55,909 bases of DNA, filler included, from Stramenopiles sp. TOSAG23-3 (GCA_900128585.1; 4 parts of 4 records of this genome joined end to end with filler, not necessarily neighbours in it); one strand, 5' to 3'; shown: positions 42,201 to 51,605, counted from the first letter of the whole stretch. Program-made: numbers and translations. Notes: generated from the letters alone by a model not told the origin.

Positions 42201-44329
42201 CGGAACCAAGTCGCATTTCCATGTCCATACAGAGTGGTCGTGACAAAGTCAAAGTCAAAACAAGGGAAGGGGCGAAGCCGAAGAAGAAAGTCGAAAAATT
42301 CACAAGCAGCTTAAAGTATGGAGTAGAGTCTCTCGGACCAGGACATTATGATAATGTTGACGTCCAAAGTGATAGACTTAAGGCAGAAAAATCAGGGCAC
42401 ACAAAGTCTTATGTTTCGTTCGGAAAGCGTGTGGGCCGTAAAGAGCAAGGCGGTGTTTTCGGTGAGCGTCCAGAAGTTGCTCTTGAAGCGGAAGCTGAAT
42501 TTTATACCCCATGGGTAGGCGGGGACGGGGCCCTTGAACTAGATGAAGAGAAGAAGTTGCGGCGACCAAACCAAAAGGAAGTGAAATCTCTTCCATGGAG
42601 TATGCTTCCAACGTCGCAGAGCAGGGTAAAAAATATCGATGGAGTTGATCTTGACGATGGGGAGCCGAAGTTGATCCTGGAGCCAAATGTGGACTGGGGT
42701 AAAAAGGGAAGAGACGTAAGCAAGAAGACAACGGCTTCGAATTACGAGCCTTTCTCGAAACAACAAGGGCGTGGTTTGACTCCAGAAGCGAAGAGAGGAG
42801 GAGATGATGAGTACGACTTTTCTGCTTACGAAGCAACGGAGGGTGATATTGTTGATATCAACCCAAGGCTGACGCCGTTGGAAAAACGAACAAAGAATGT
42901 AAAAATATCGTCTCGCCCAAGATGGGCCTCAGAGCACGCTGACTTGCTCCAGGGCGACAATGACGAGCCACAATTGATTCTTTCGCCAAAGGAAACGACG
43001 CAGAGGCAACGCAAAGACCGACATGTTCTAGACTTGTCGAAGCAAAAGCCTAGGTGGGAGTCCGATATCCCCGACAGCGATCTCAACGATTTCGCACCTT
43101 CGAACGATGCTTTGCATGCTCTCTATGACGTGGAACGAGGTCACGAGGCGTTGGCCAGCGAGATGTCAAAGGGGGGAGTGTCTTGGGACAAGAGAAAGCC
43201 TCGATTTACCCCCAAACCACCCAGGAATGACGATGACTTTTCGGGAGATTCGCCGAAGTTAATGCTTTCTCCAAAAGAGCATTTCAAATCCACTATGAAA
43301 CGAACCATATCCGGTGTGTCTATGTCGAAAGGGAAACCAAGGTTTACCCCAAAACCTTCACGAGATACCGAGATATATGGGCCTGAAGACGGTGAAGGGT
43401 TGATTTTAAAAGACGCCCTTGAACGGGAGGCGTTTCTGAAGAAGCGTGTAAAGGGAGTTGGCAGTATGCGAAAAACAAAGCCTCGGTGGCACGACGAAGA
43501 TAGCAATGCGAACGACGATCAGACTGCTTTGATATTAGAGCCGAAACGGACGGCCATAGAAAAGAAACCCGCCCCAACGGCATCCATGTCTCGACAGCGC
43601 GGTAGGGATTCTCCCCTCGAGAAAAACAAAGTCGATACATCGCACTTGGTTTATTCGCCAAAGCACGACTTTGGGCGAAGGGGAAATGCAGAAATAGCCA
43701 GCTCTTCGAAAGAGAAGCACAAAGAGCCATGGACAAAGCGGAAGCAATTTGGTGGGCTCGCTGCGGTCGACAACATCGTCAGGGAGGTTGAAGAGTTGAT
43801 CATCAGTCCAACAACAGCAGGGGAGAAGGTTCGAAAGAAACAAGCATCTGTCCGAAGCATGGCAAAGCAAGGTCCCAGCCGCAGTAAGATTGACCTCAAC
43901 GGCAATAAAATATACCCGAAAAAGGACAAACCAGAGCCCACATTGAGCATGACCGAGACCATGTATGATCGAAATGGCAAGAAGATTGAAGCAAAACGAA
44001 AGCCGTTCAAAGATCCGAAGGACGCGCTAAAGAGGCAGGTTAAGGGTGGTGGAATTGCACCCCTTCCCAAGACAAAGCGAAGGGAGCTTCCCCCGAAAGT
44101 CCCAAAAAAGAAGCGGATAGATGCTGGGGGGCGCTTGAAAAAAATGAAAACTATTACTGGTTTGGTAGTGAACAAGAAAAAAAAGGCTAAAAAGAAAGAC
44201 CTGAGTAAAACCATCATTGGGGTAAAGAAGAAAACGAAATCAGAGATTATTCGAGAACAACTGTTGTCCGTTCCAACAGATGATGGGGATGACGATTGGT
44301 TCCTGACGCCAAAACAAAGCTTGGTATGA
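39278..44329 (+). CDS. Large PGPGxY (SHIPPO/ODF3/STPG-type) repeat protein with two fascin-like beta-trefoil inserts
   Basis: MPGPGDY, VPGPGFY, AGPGMY, LGPGHY; internal KPRF/W...D...LILSPK repeats; VAIKATRGRHL, VYLKSPCGKFL, FALRNVHRDYL and IGLQACNGKYIS are fascin-like strands. ATG at 39278. Confidence 0.8.
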   Translation: MSADEFLELQATLDALTKEQENMEAGVIRLHKKQMAIHESNVSDKATLKNNFLKETARMDRKHMPGPGDYSYNTPFGAEAKGGRMNPLPKSKRAARSTKSGEHGARNDRPGETDPCSLERGYRATRKGAVGGSTFGKTSGAKNREATSFGFSGDRKEFEEAISWFFGTSNRSEINKVLLVSKHDAVLDLRDNGSIFAGKERGIARAPPSSVFSVAFYGTHVAIKATRGRHLECKSNRVECQRLGANAHGSEFKLEKVETTERAVDETGESNQKQNKQKKRAQRRFCRLKSEHGLCLTLKEDGMLVCEPKFDETDEFFEGKSTQLFFAEPYILDGNSYNPKDDIIRPKIVKGNVGFGRSLTPKQTPGVENKENARTPDSKGARPTIGNIDKAFDHVEQTAPAAKFGTSSRFGGKKDLGRKLKGEKLLAWLKQGRECNVYLKSPCGKFLRPNQVGSVGFSTKAMQECVVSFCHIHKNEFALRNVHRDYLVHSEADKEIQVRRDKNTNDNEMSFVVHVSGSRIGLQACNGKYISLKSDGGGALGMCDKMSSPNCLFLPAPYAPHYQVRDSAIRPKTQTMKWRTPVKAKPSPGGASTPDGVSAPSVGAPTPGNAGDGIEPMDTEPTPTMQFTPTSTPTPNDKLIRPRVQGGAWAPPTSENEMSSAIKKRKRENIVPGPGFYQSATTKRSAGAVIAPPTIKRTQKEEAALRQHRRRAQKEMSSAGPGMYDLAGGMQAIKQNSSKGFSFSKLSRGITSPGRRKRKKAKDDAESRGESKFSEDYLRNEEIIEDDEEWGDGDISALMAEPDLNLSYVKPRVQGGTWGHKSKKVNWKNYYAMKKARLEKERLKQIGHYDVKHDGVEKKVSGIPLLEKEAKARQRTKTITKKAVENRKMHEAYERAMADTEPGEFLTSQMHDDWAETAAKKPVFRYHEEAPLPSPAVRARKERELEAAGPSSFLGPQNLSDWTKPKDWDERMKAAEPSRISMSIQSGRDKVKVKTREGAKPKKKVEKFTSSLKYGVESLGPGHYDNVDVQSDRLKAEKSGHTKSYVSFGKRVGRKEQGGVFGERPEVALEAEAEFYTPWVGGDGALELDEEKKLRRPNQKEVKSLPWSMLPTSQSRVKNIDGVDLDDGEPKLILEPNVDWGKKGRDVSKKTTASNYEPFSKQQGRGLTPEAKRGGDDEYDFSAYEATEGDIVDINPRLTPLEKRTKNVKISSRPRWASEHADLLQGDNDEPQLILSPKETTQRQRKDRHVLDLSKQKPRWESDIPDSDLNDFAPSNDALHALYDVERGHEALASEMSKGGVSWDKRKPRFTPKPPRNDDDFSGDSPKLMLSPKEHFKSTMKRTISGVSMSKGKPRFTPKPSRDTEIYGPEDGEGLILKDALEREAFLKKRVKGVGSMRKTKPRWHDEDSNANDDQTALILEPKRTAIEKKPAPTASMSRQRGRDSPLEKNKVDTSHLVYSPKHDFGRRGNAEIASSSKEKHKEPWTKRKQFGGLAAVDNIVREVEELIISPTTAGEKVRKKQASVRSMAKQGPSRSKIDLNGNKIYPKKDKPEPTLSMTETMYDRNGKKIEAKRKPFKDPKDALKRQVKGGGIAPLPKTKRRELPPKVPKKKRIDAGGRLKKMKTITGLVVNKKKKAKKKDLSKTIIGVKKKTKSEIIREQLLSVPTDDGDDDWFLTPKQSLV

Positions 44330-44381
44330 CTATCTTTTTGTGGAAATCATAAGTAGTGTACACGTGTCAAAGTTAAGCTCC

Positions 44382-44975
44382 CTATATTTTATCTTCCTCC
44401 GCAGTAGGCAAATATTCTTCCACTTGGTAATTCTTGCCAAACTCGGCCACGTGACTATCCGCCGTGACGTGCAAATCCATATGGGTCTCTTCAAACACGT
44501 CAACCAATTTATAAATGTTGTATCCCAGGGACGTAAATAGTCCTATGGATGGGGCATTTTTGTTACTAATTTTTGCAACAAATCGAACTGTACCTAAAGT
44601 CGTTATTGCAAAATTCATAAAGAGCTTCAAGGCTTCCGTTGCAAGTCCTTTCCGTCTACAGGAAGGCTCGGCGATCATAATTTCTATCTCACCAGTTGTT
44701 GGTTCGTCGCTGTCATGGAAATAGAGGTTGACATCCCCTACCATTTTTTCAGGACCGTCACTGCTGTCGAGCAAAATAAACGTACATTTCGTCTCATCAT
44801 CCCTCCAGTTAGTTTGCATTTCATACTCTTCACTCAACGACAACGGTTCTGAAGCCGTCATTTCCTGTAAATACGGATCTTTCATCCACTCGTGGTACTT
44901 GGCAACGTGACAGTGGCGATAGGGGACAAGGGTGACTTTCCCCCCCACAATTTTCAAATTCCAATTCTTTCTCAT
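44382..44975 (-). CDS. NAT9: N-acetyltransferase 9 (GNAT)
   Basis: LVPYR..HV.KYHEWM.DP.LQEMTASEPLSL.EEYEMQ..WR.DE.KCTFI, MVGDVNL and GEIEIMIAEP..RRKG match NAT9. ATG at 44975. Confidence 0.95.
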   Translation of the reverse strand: MRKNWNLKIVGGKVTLVPYRHCHVAKYHEWMKDPYLQEMTASEPLSLSEEYEMQTNWRDDETKCTFILLDSSDGPEKMVGDVNLYFHDSDEPTTGEIEIMIAEPSCRRKGLATEALKLFMNFAITTLGTVRFVAKISNKNAPSIGLFTSLGYNIYKLVDVFEETHMDLHVTADSHVAEFGKNYQVEEYLPTAEEDKI

Positions 44976-45267
44976 GGTTAAACTATTGATCGTATACTGC
45001 ACGAATTATATCTCACACCTCTGTTTTCGAAAGATTGTCTTGATTTGAACATTGCATTGAAGCACTCAAAAAATACAAGGAACCCCATCAATGTGACTGG
45101 TCTCTTGGAATTGTAATATTAATATATTTCCTGCTGGTTAAATTAATTATTCGTCGTCGCGGCGGGGGGCGGGGAATGGTGTGCCTTCTTTTTTAATTAG
45201 ACGACACAATACAAATGCAACAGGAAATACTCCTCACTCCTCTTCATCATTATCTGGTGCGGTTCCT

Positions 45268-45384
45268 GGGTACCGGTACCAGGTACCAGGTACGGTTCGT
45301 TGTTACGGGTACCGGGTACCGTACCTGGTATTATCAGGTATTAATACCGGTACAGGTACCACCAGGTACGAACCTGTACCTACC
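45268..45384. repeat. Cluster of GGTACC/GTAC palindromes
   Basis: Six GGTACC and about 11 GTAC cores in ~115 bp. Confidence 0.85.
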
Positions 45385-45611
45385 ATATATTATTTACTAG
45401 TGCTAGTGGTGCCGACGAACACAACAACAACACTTCTTCTTCATTCATCAATCCATCGACCCTTGCTTGATTTGAATTTTTTATAGTTGGACGTAAAAGT
45501 TTATACTGTCTAAGGAATACAAAATCGAATGCAACTAATGCATAAGAAAAAGGAATACATAAATATATATGTTACTGGGTATAAAGAAGGGCAAGAGTTG
45601 TGATAGTTTTT

Positions 45612-46796
45612 ATGAGCCATATAATGTTCTCCAGAACGGTTCGTGGAAAACGTTCGAGCTTGATAAGGGCCAAGAGCACCGCCCGAAGATTCGTGCAAGA
45701 AAACGGATCTAGAAAAGATGTTGCTTTCGGCTTGAGGGCGTTGGCCCAAGCGAAGGTAGTCCAACTAATGTGGACGGGCATGAGCTTTTTCGATGGGAAA
45801 AACTATATTATAAGTAAACGGGACATCGATGCCCGAGGGGCTTCCCCGCTTGACACCTTCAAAGTATCAAAGCAAAGCCTGAAAAGCGGAACCCTGCTGG
45901 ACCATCCAAATTTTCCACTACACGTATATTTGCACGAGAAAACGAAAAAGAAGTGCTGCGTAGTGGTTCATAATTCCAATGCATCATGGCTTTCCGCGCA
46001 AAAATGGGTGAAAGGAAGTTTGCCAGCGTGGGACTGTAATTGTGCCATGTTTGCCAAAGAGGGGGAGGTCACGGAGGTAAACGTTCCCTACCAATTAGCC
46101 GCCCCGCTTGAATCTGTGCCTGGGAACGAAAGTCTCGGCCCGCACACAAAGGTAGGAATTCTACCGAACCGAGCGGTTGCAATTTTTGGGGACTCCATTG
46201 ATCAAACGGTTATGCGCAGTATTTACTTGAACTTTGCAATTGAGACGATGCGATCAATCGAGGTAAGTGGGCGTGAAAATGCGCGTTTGACTAGCCAAGA
46301 ACAGTTGAGAGAACAAAACAACGTATGGGATACTAACCCGACTTTCACGGAAGCAACGGAAATGAAAATATTGAAAAAGTCAATGAATCTTCCGTTATGG
46401 TGGGATAGGGTCGAACTCTCTGATTATTCAGATAGTAATTCGGACGAGCTGCAGCTGCTTGCTGCGGTGGACATGCCGGCAAACACCAAAATTGCAATCG
46501 TCGGTGGGAATATTGTGTGCGAGCCTACCATGCACACTGTGCGTTTGGCACCGAAAGTTCACTTGGAAATGACGGATGGCGGTGGGTCTGAAGAATCAAT
46601 ATTTACCCGGCTCAATCACTCTTTTACACCTAATTTGAGAGCAACGCCAAAACCGGAGCAGGAGTGCGTAGTTTTTAAAACTTTGCGCATGATCAAGGCG
46701 GGCGAGCCTCTTAATTTTGACTACACCAGTACGGAGGACAGCAACCTTGCGGCACCATTTATCGATGGCGAAACGGGGGAGTGGGTCGGGAAATGA
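45612..46796 (+). CDS. Fusion of a degenerate class II aldolase/adducin-like domain and a C-terminal SET domain; possible mitochondrial presequence
   Basis: N-half: FPLHVYLH...CVVVHNS.A..LSA and ILPNRAVAIFG.SID...MR.IYL. C-half: LLAAVDMPANT.I, RLNHSFTPN, TLRMIKAGEPLNFDY. N-terminus is Arg/Ser-rich and acid-free. Confidence 0.75.
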   Translation: MSHIMFSRTVRGKRSSLIRAKSTARRFVQENGSRKDVAFGLRALAQAKVVQLMWTGMSFFDGKNYIISKRDIDARGASPLDTFKVSKQSLKSGTLLDHPNFPLHVYLHEKTKKKCCVVVHNSNASWLSAQKWVKGSLPAWDCNCAMFAKEGEVTEVNVPYQLAAPLESVPGNESLGPHTKVGILPNRAVAIFGDSIDQTVMRSIYLNFAIETMRSIEVSGRENARLTSQEQLREQNNVWDTNPTFTEATEMKILKKSMNLPLWWDRVELSDYSDSNSDELQLLAAVDMPANTKIAIVGGNIVCEPTMHTVRLAPKVHLEMTDGGGSEESIFTRLNHSFTPNLRATPKPEQECVVFKTLRMIKAGEPLNFDYTSTEDSNLAAPFIDGETGEWVGK

Positions 46797-47069
46797 TTTA
46801 AGTTTATTTTTTAATTATGAAGATATAAACTTAATTGGAGAACGACGCGTGTTGTGGTGTACCGAGTACAAAATTTAGGCGTGCGGGGGATGGGATGAAA
46901 ATGTCCGACAATTTTATTTTGGTTTTTCAGATTTAAAAAAATTGCATGATCAAAAATATTGTTTATTTCTTACTAAGCACTTAATACATAAGAGTACGGT
47001 AAATTTATCATGGGATGCTCAGCCTCTGCAACATATTAATCGGGTATTTCCTGGAGCGAGCAACTACAC

Positions 47070-47969
47070 TTACCGGTTCCTCTTGAACCTTTTCCCTCCA
47101 CGTCCTCCTCTCCTGCCACCGCCGCGTCCTCCTCTCCTGCCCCCACCGGATTTTCTTTTGTTCTTCATGGCGTCGATCACTCTTTTAAAGTGCGCTGCCT
47201 CGTCGTCGCCGGAGAGCAAGCAGACACGAATTTCTTCGCCCCTTACCCGTTCGACTTCATCGCACGCTAGTTTGGCATCGGCGGGGTCCTTGAACCGGAT
47301 CTCAGCATGGTTTCCAAACATTTCTACAAACTGAACTTTACCTACCCCTCCAAAGACGTCTTTTAAATCTTTGAAGTTAATTTCCACGCCTCTTTCTGCG
47401 GCGTCCGTAAGCCCATCAACCCTAAGCACGGTGCCCTCGGCGAATTTTACCACCGACTCCTTTGCACGGGTATTTCTGTTCATGTTTCGTTTCACCGGCG
47501 GGAAGAGAACGTCTATCGACTTCCTGAAAGAAAAGTCTTCTTCGGTATCGTCTTCCCGGACTACAATGAAGCACATCGTTCCGGTGTACACCTTGTGTTC
47601 CCCGTATTTGATGCTTTTAACGCCGCACCCTTTTTTCTCCGCGGCGCTAGGGTGAAAATCTAGCAGTCCCTTCAGCACAGACAGGGCTTTCCCGCTCAGC
47701 ACCTCGTTCCTCGACAAACTATCACGCAAGGCGTTCATGTAGCTCCAGCAGTTTTTTCTATCCTCAAACGTCATATCCCCAACTTTCTGGGGCCCAGAGT
47801 AAAGCTTTGTGGCCTTTTTGGTGTAGATAGTCGCCTCGGAATTGTTTGCAAGGCGCCACGCCAATACAACTTTCTCGAACCCATCCTCTCTGGTCTCGAC
47901 CAGAAATCCTCTCCCCATAGGGGTATTTCTTTTTTCCGGTGTGTGTGTGTGAACTGTGGGAACTGACAT
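47070..47969 (-). CDS. DCL/DUF3223 domain plus La-type xRRM plus RGG tail RNA-binding protein
   Basis: LLDFHPSAAEKKGCGVKSI..GEH....T.CFIVVREDDTEEDFSFRKSI (DCL); VQFVEM....AEIRFKDP..A...LLSGDDEAAHFKRV (xRRM); GGRRGGRGG. ATG at 47969. Confidence 0.85.
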   Translation of the reverse strand: MSVPTVHTHTPEKRNTPMGRGFLVETREDGFEKVVLAWRLANNSEATIYTKKATKLYSGPQKVGDMTFEDRKNCWSYMNALRDSLSRNEVLSGKALSVLKGLLDFHPSAAEKKGCGVKSIKYGEHKVYTGTMCFIVVREDDTEEDFSFRKSIDVLFPPVKRNMNRNTRAKESVVKFAEGTVLRVDGLTDAAERGVEINFKDLKDVFGGVGKVQFVEMFGNHAEIRFKDPADAKLACDEVERVRGEEIRVCLLSGDDEAAHFKRVIDAMKNKRKSGGGRRGGRGGGRRGGRGGKRFKRNR

Positions 47970-48916
47970 GGCACTGTATAAGTGGTAATTCTTCAGGTAC
48001 GTCGGTGGATATAAATAATAATAACAATTGTTGAAATCAACTCTTTTTAAATCTCTTTCTAAAAATTTAGTTTGTTCTTCTTCTTCACCTCTAGCGTTTA
48101 ATTTGTATATGTTAAACATACATAGAACCCAATTAAACGGAATTGTTTATAATAATAATTCCTTCACTTCGTTAATTAATGTACAATTGCGTCTCTCACA
48201 CCATCCACATTTCTTTTTCTTCTTCTTCTTCTTCGCACATTTTTTTAATTTTTTAATTATACAGGTAAATAGCATAATATTAAAATAGAATAACTATTGA
48301 ATCAAATTCGAATGGTTCACAGCCATCGAGGATGATCGAGGATGATCGAGGATGATCGTCACTCTTTTAAGTATCCTGTACATCAATATACCATTGATAT
48401 TTTTATTTATTATAAACACAGCATAACCAAATATAATTTAAGGTATATTAATATTTAATTCACCTCAGCTCTCATTTTGTGTTGGATTTTTGTTTTGTTT
48501 TTTTTCTGTTTGTTTTTTTGTTTTTGGATATTTTTTTTTAAACAACAAAAAAAAAAGAAGAAAAGAAGAAAAGAAGAAAAGAAGAAGAAGAACGAAAGAA
48601 GAGAGACGAGAGACGAGAGACGAGAGGAGAGGAGAGGGAAAAAAAAAGAAGATATTTTTTTATTACCAAGGTATTATATATTTAAATATATTTATAATAA
48701 AAAATATTAATATATTGTATTATTTTATATTTAAAAACAAGAAGAGAGAGTAGAGGTTGTCTAACGACTACTATGAATGACAATTGACAAGAAAAAAACT
48801 TATGTACGTACGAATTCATTCTTTTGTTCGTTTGTTTTATAAGACCCAAGAGACCTTTCAGCTATTGAAATCGTCCATACATATACCACCCGAGAAAGAG
48901 AGAAGATTCCAAGAAG

Positions 48917-50485
48917 ATGACCGACTGGGACGCGGAAGTGGAGGACAAGTACAACACCCTGCGCGAAACGTTTGCGACAGGGAAGACGCGGGGGCTGGCG
49001 TGGCGAAGAGAGCAATTGAAAGCGTTGAAAAACATGCTCGTGCAGGAGCGGCTATTCCTGCAGGGTTGCGCAAAGGCTGATTTGAACAAGAGCGACGCGG
49101 AGGGCTATTTGATGGAAATCAACCCGGTGGAGCACGAGGTGCAGAACGCCCTGGACCACTTGGACGAATGGACCAAGCCAACCAGCAAGCCTTTGAACCT
49201 GCTGAACATTCCCGGGAGCTGCATGGTGTACAAGGACCCCCTGGGTGTTGTACTTGTGGCAGGGGCGTGGAATTACCCCATCCAGCTGACCCTCTCCCCG
49301 CTTGCCGGGGCGATCGCCGCGGGGAACTGCGTCATGGTAAAGGTGCCATCCTCCAAGTACGCCACCCAGTGCAGCAAGGGGATGGCGCGAATCATCAGGA
49401 AGTACATGGACAACGAATGCATCAAAGTGGTGGAAGGCGACCGTCATGCCATGACGGCCGTGCTCAAGCAGCGGTTCGACCACATCTGCTTCACCGGTGG
49501 GTCGTACGTGGGGAAAATAGTGGCGGCGGCTGCCGCAAAGCACTTGACCCCGGTCACGCTGGAGCTCGGGGGCAAGTCACCCATCATCGTCGACGAAACG
49601 GCCGACATTGCGGTGTCCGCCAAAAGGTACACGTGGGCCGCCCTTATCAACTGCGGCCAAACCTGCATTCGCCCGGACTACTGCATGGTCCACGCGTCAA
49701 TTGCGGACAAGTTTATATCTGCATGCAAAGAAAGCATCGTTTCCATGTTCTCGAAAGATCCAAAATCCTGCGAATTCTTCGGGCGCCTGATCAACCAGCG
49801 GGCGTGGCAGCGGGTTTCAGGGATGGTCGAGGATAGCAAGCAGTACATTGTCCACGGCGGGCAGGTCGACGAGAGCCAAAACTTTGTCGAGCCAACGCTC
49901 TTTGACTTTGGCACCGACTTTGGTGCCTTTAAAACCTCTTCGGTAATGTTGGACGAAATTTTTGGTCCGCTGATGCCGGTGTACCGGTACACGGATCTGG
50001 ACCAAGCCATCGGGTACGTCCAAAGCGGCGAGAAACCATTGGTCGCCCACGTGTTCTCGAAAAAGCCAGAGACCCAGGAACGGGTGTTGACGGAAACCAG
50101 CAGTGGCCAAGGGTGCGTGAACGATGCGATCCTATTCATGTCCAACGACGCGCTCCCGTTCGGGGGAGTCGGTAATTCAGGGATGGGGCGTTACCATGGA
50201 AAGTACACCTTCACGATGTTCACCCATGAGAAAACGGTGCTGAAAAAGCACTTCATCCTCGACCTGCCAGCCAGGTACCCGCCGTACAGCAACAAATTCA
50301 ACATGTTTTTGCTCGGGCTGCTCCAATACCCCTACAACAAGCTTCAAATTTTGTGCATTAAAACCTGCCTGCTTGTCCTTCTTACCCTGGCCTGCAAAAA
50401 GGCGGGTGTCTTGGAGGGAATCGTGAGGCCGCTCCTTCACAGTTTCTTCAGTTGGGGGGCGAGCGCAACCAGCGGCAGCTGGTAA
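48917..50485 (+). CDS. ALDH3: Aldehyde dehydrogenase family 3 (fatty aldehyde dehydrogenase), hydrophobic C-terminal anchor
   Basis: PLGVVLV.GAWNYP, FTGG..VGKIV..AAAKHLTPVTLELGGKSP, catalytic NCGQTCIRPDY, EIFGP, LPFGGVG.SGMG.YHG, RYPPY. Confidence 0.95.
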   Translation: MTDWDAEVEDKYNTLRETFATGKTRGLAWRREQLKALKNMLVQERLFLQGCAKADLNKSDAEGYLMEINPVEHEVQNALDHLDEWTKPTSKPLNLLNIPGSCMVYKDPLGVVLVAGAWNYPIQLTLSPLAGAIAAGNCVMVKVPSSKYATQCSKGMARIIRKYMDNECIKVVEGDRHAMTAVLKQRFDHICFTGGSYVGKIVAAAAAKHLTPVTLELGGKSPIIVDETADIAVSAKRYTWAALINCGQTCIRPDYCMVHASIADKFISACKESIVSMFSKDPKSCEFFGRLINQRAWQRVSGMVEDSKQYIVHGGQVDESQNFVEPTLFDFGTDFGAFKTSSVMLDEIFGPLMPVYRYTDLDQAIGYVQSGEKPLVAHVFSKKPETQERVLTETSSGQGCVNDAILFMSNDALPFGGVGNSGMGRYHGKYTFTMFTHEKTVLKKHFILDLPARYPPYSNKFNMFLLGLLQYPYNKLQILCIKTCLLVLLTLACKKAGVLEGIVRPLLHSFFSWGASATSGSW

Positions 50486-50761
50486 CTTCCAGAGGAGACA
50501 CGAGACGGAGGCTGTAACACTCCGAATTAAAAAAAAAACAAATTATATAGTATGTTTTAAGACTCTCATTTTAAATCCAATACTACTTCGAATCCAACCC
50601 TAATACTCCGAATTAATATATTCGTAAAAAAGTAGACATTGTAGTAAAGAATGAAATAATTTTAGTAATATTCATTATAAAATTATTGCAGTGTATGAAA
50701 AAATGCTTAAAGAAGGGGGCAGCAGGCTCTCCTTTTTGTTGCCGCGCTTTGTGGTTTACTT

Positions 50762-51268
50762 CTACCGACTGTCGCGGGCCATCTTCTGGTACGTGCTGAT
50801 GTTCTCCATAGTCTGCACACGGGTTCGGCCCATAAACCATAAAAGGCCCGTGGACATTATAACTAGAAAAAGTCCTAGAGGCAAGCAGTGGACATGGTAT
50901 ACATATTCGTGGGTTATCAAATAGCCCCAAAGAAGAAACTGGCCGAGTCCCCCGGCAACCAAATATTTCACAAACGTCGGCGAGGAACGGTCCCGTGCAT
51001 AACGAAAGCAAAGCCCTGCCAAGACAGCGTTGGATAGTTCAAAAGTAGACATGTAAATGTTCGTATTCATGTCTCCCATGGCGTGATACAAAGAGAACAA
51101 AACCATTCCAAAAGACAACATCGTCAGCATATTACGAAACGCGTGTTCTATAACGAAAGAACGGGCTTCGACGTTAATCAATTCTTTCTTTAAAGCGTTC
51201 GAACCGCCATCTTCCATCATGGAGCCTTTTGCCTCTTTGTTTTTTTGGCGTTTGCGGAGTGTCGGCAT
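50762..51268 (-). CDS. Small ~4-TM hypothetical membrane protein
   Basis: Four hydrophobic segments after a basic N-terminus. ATG at 51268. Confidence 0.7.
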   Translation of the reverse strand: MPTLRKRQKNKEAKGSMMEDGGSNALKKELINVEARSFVIEHAFRNMLTMLSFGMVLFSLYHAMGDMNTNIYMSTFELSNAVLAGLCFRYARDRSSPTFVKYLVAGGLGQFLLWGYLITHEYVYHVHCLPLGLFLVIMSTGLLWFMGRTRVQTMENISTYQKMARDSR

Positions 51269-51499
51269 TTTCTTTTTTCCAAACAAACAAATCTAACCCT
51301 CCTGGTTGCGTAAAGTTTCAGTATGATATTCGTCCGTACAACTTGAGTTTGTAACAATAGTGATTTAACATTCTGGTTGTAATTCTATTCAAAAAATACT
51401 TCTTCTGTCAATTGCAACATCTATGACGTAATAACTGATAACCAAATCCACGCATGTACCCTTGGCACCTGAAGTACATAACACGCGAAACATCATGTG

Positions 51500-51605
51500 T
51501 TCTTCTTCTTCTTCTTTTTTCTTCTCTCTTCTTCTTCTTCTTCTTCTTTCTTCTTCTTCTTCTTCTTCTTCTTCTTCTTCTTCTTCTTCTTCTTCTTCTT
51601 CTTCT
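51500..51605. repeat. (TTC)n microsatellite running into a gap
   Basis: Seen directly. Confidence 0.95.

Noticed and set aside
48325-48360. ATCGAGGATG x3 tandem, and small duplications at 37196-37240
   Set aside because: Short slippage duplications, each seen once, with no supporting pattern.
44382-50485. NAT9, aldolase-SET, DCL-xRRM and ALDH3 as a metabolic gene cluster
   Set aside because: NAT9 and ALDH3 are widespread housekeeping genes and an unrelated RNA-binding gene intervenes; nothing beyond proximity supports co-function.
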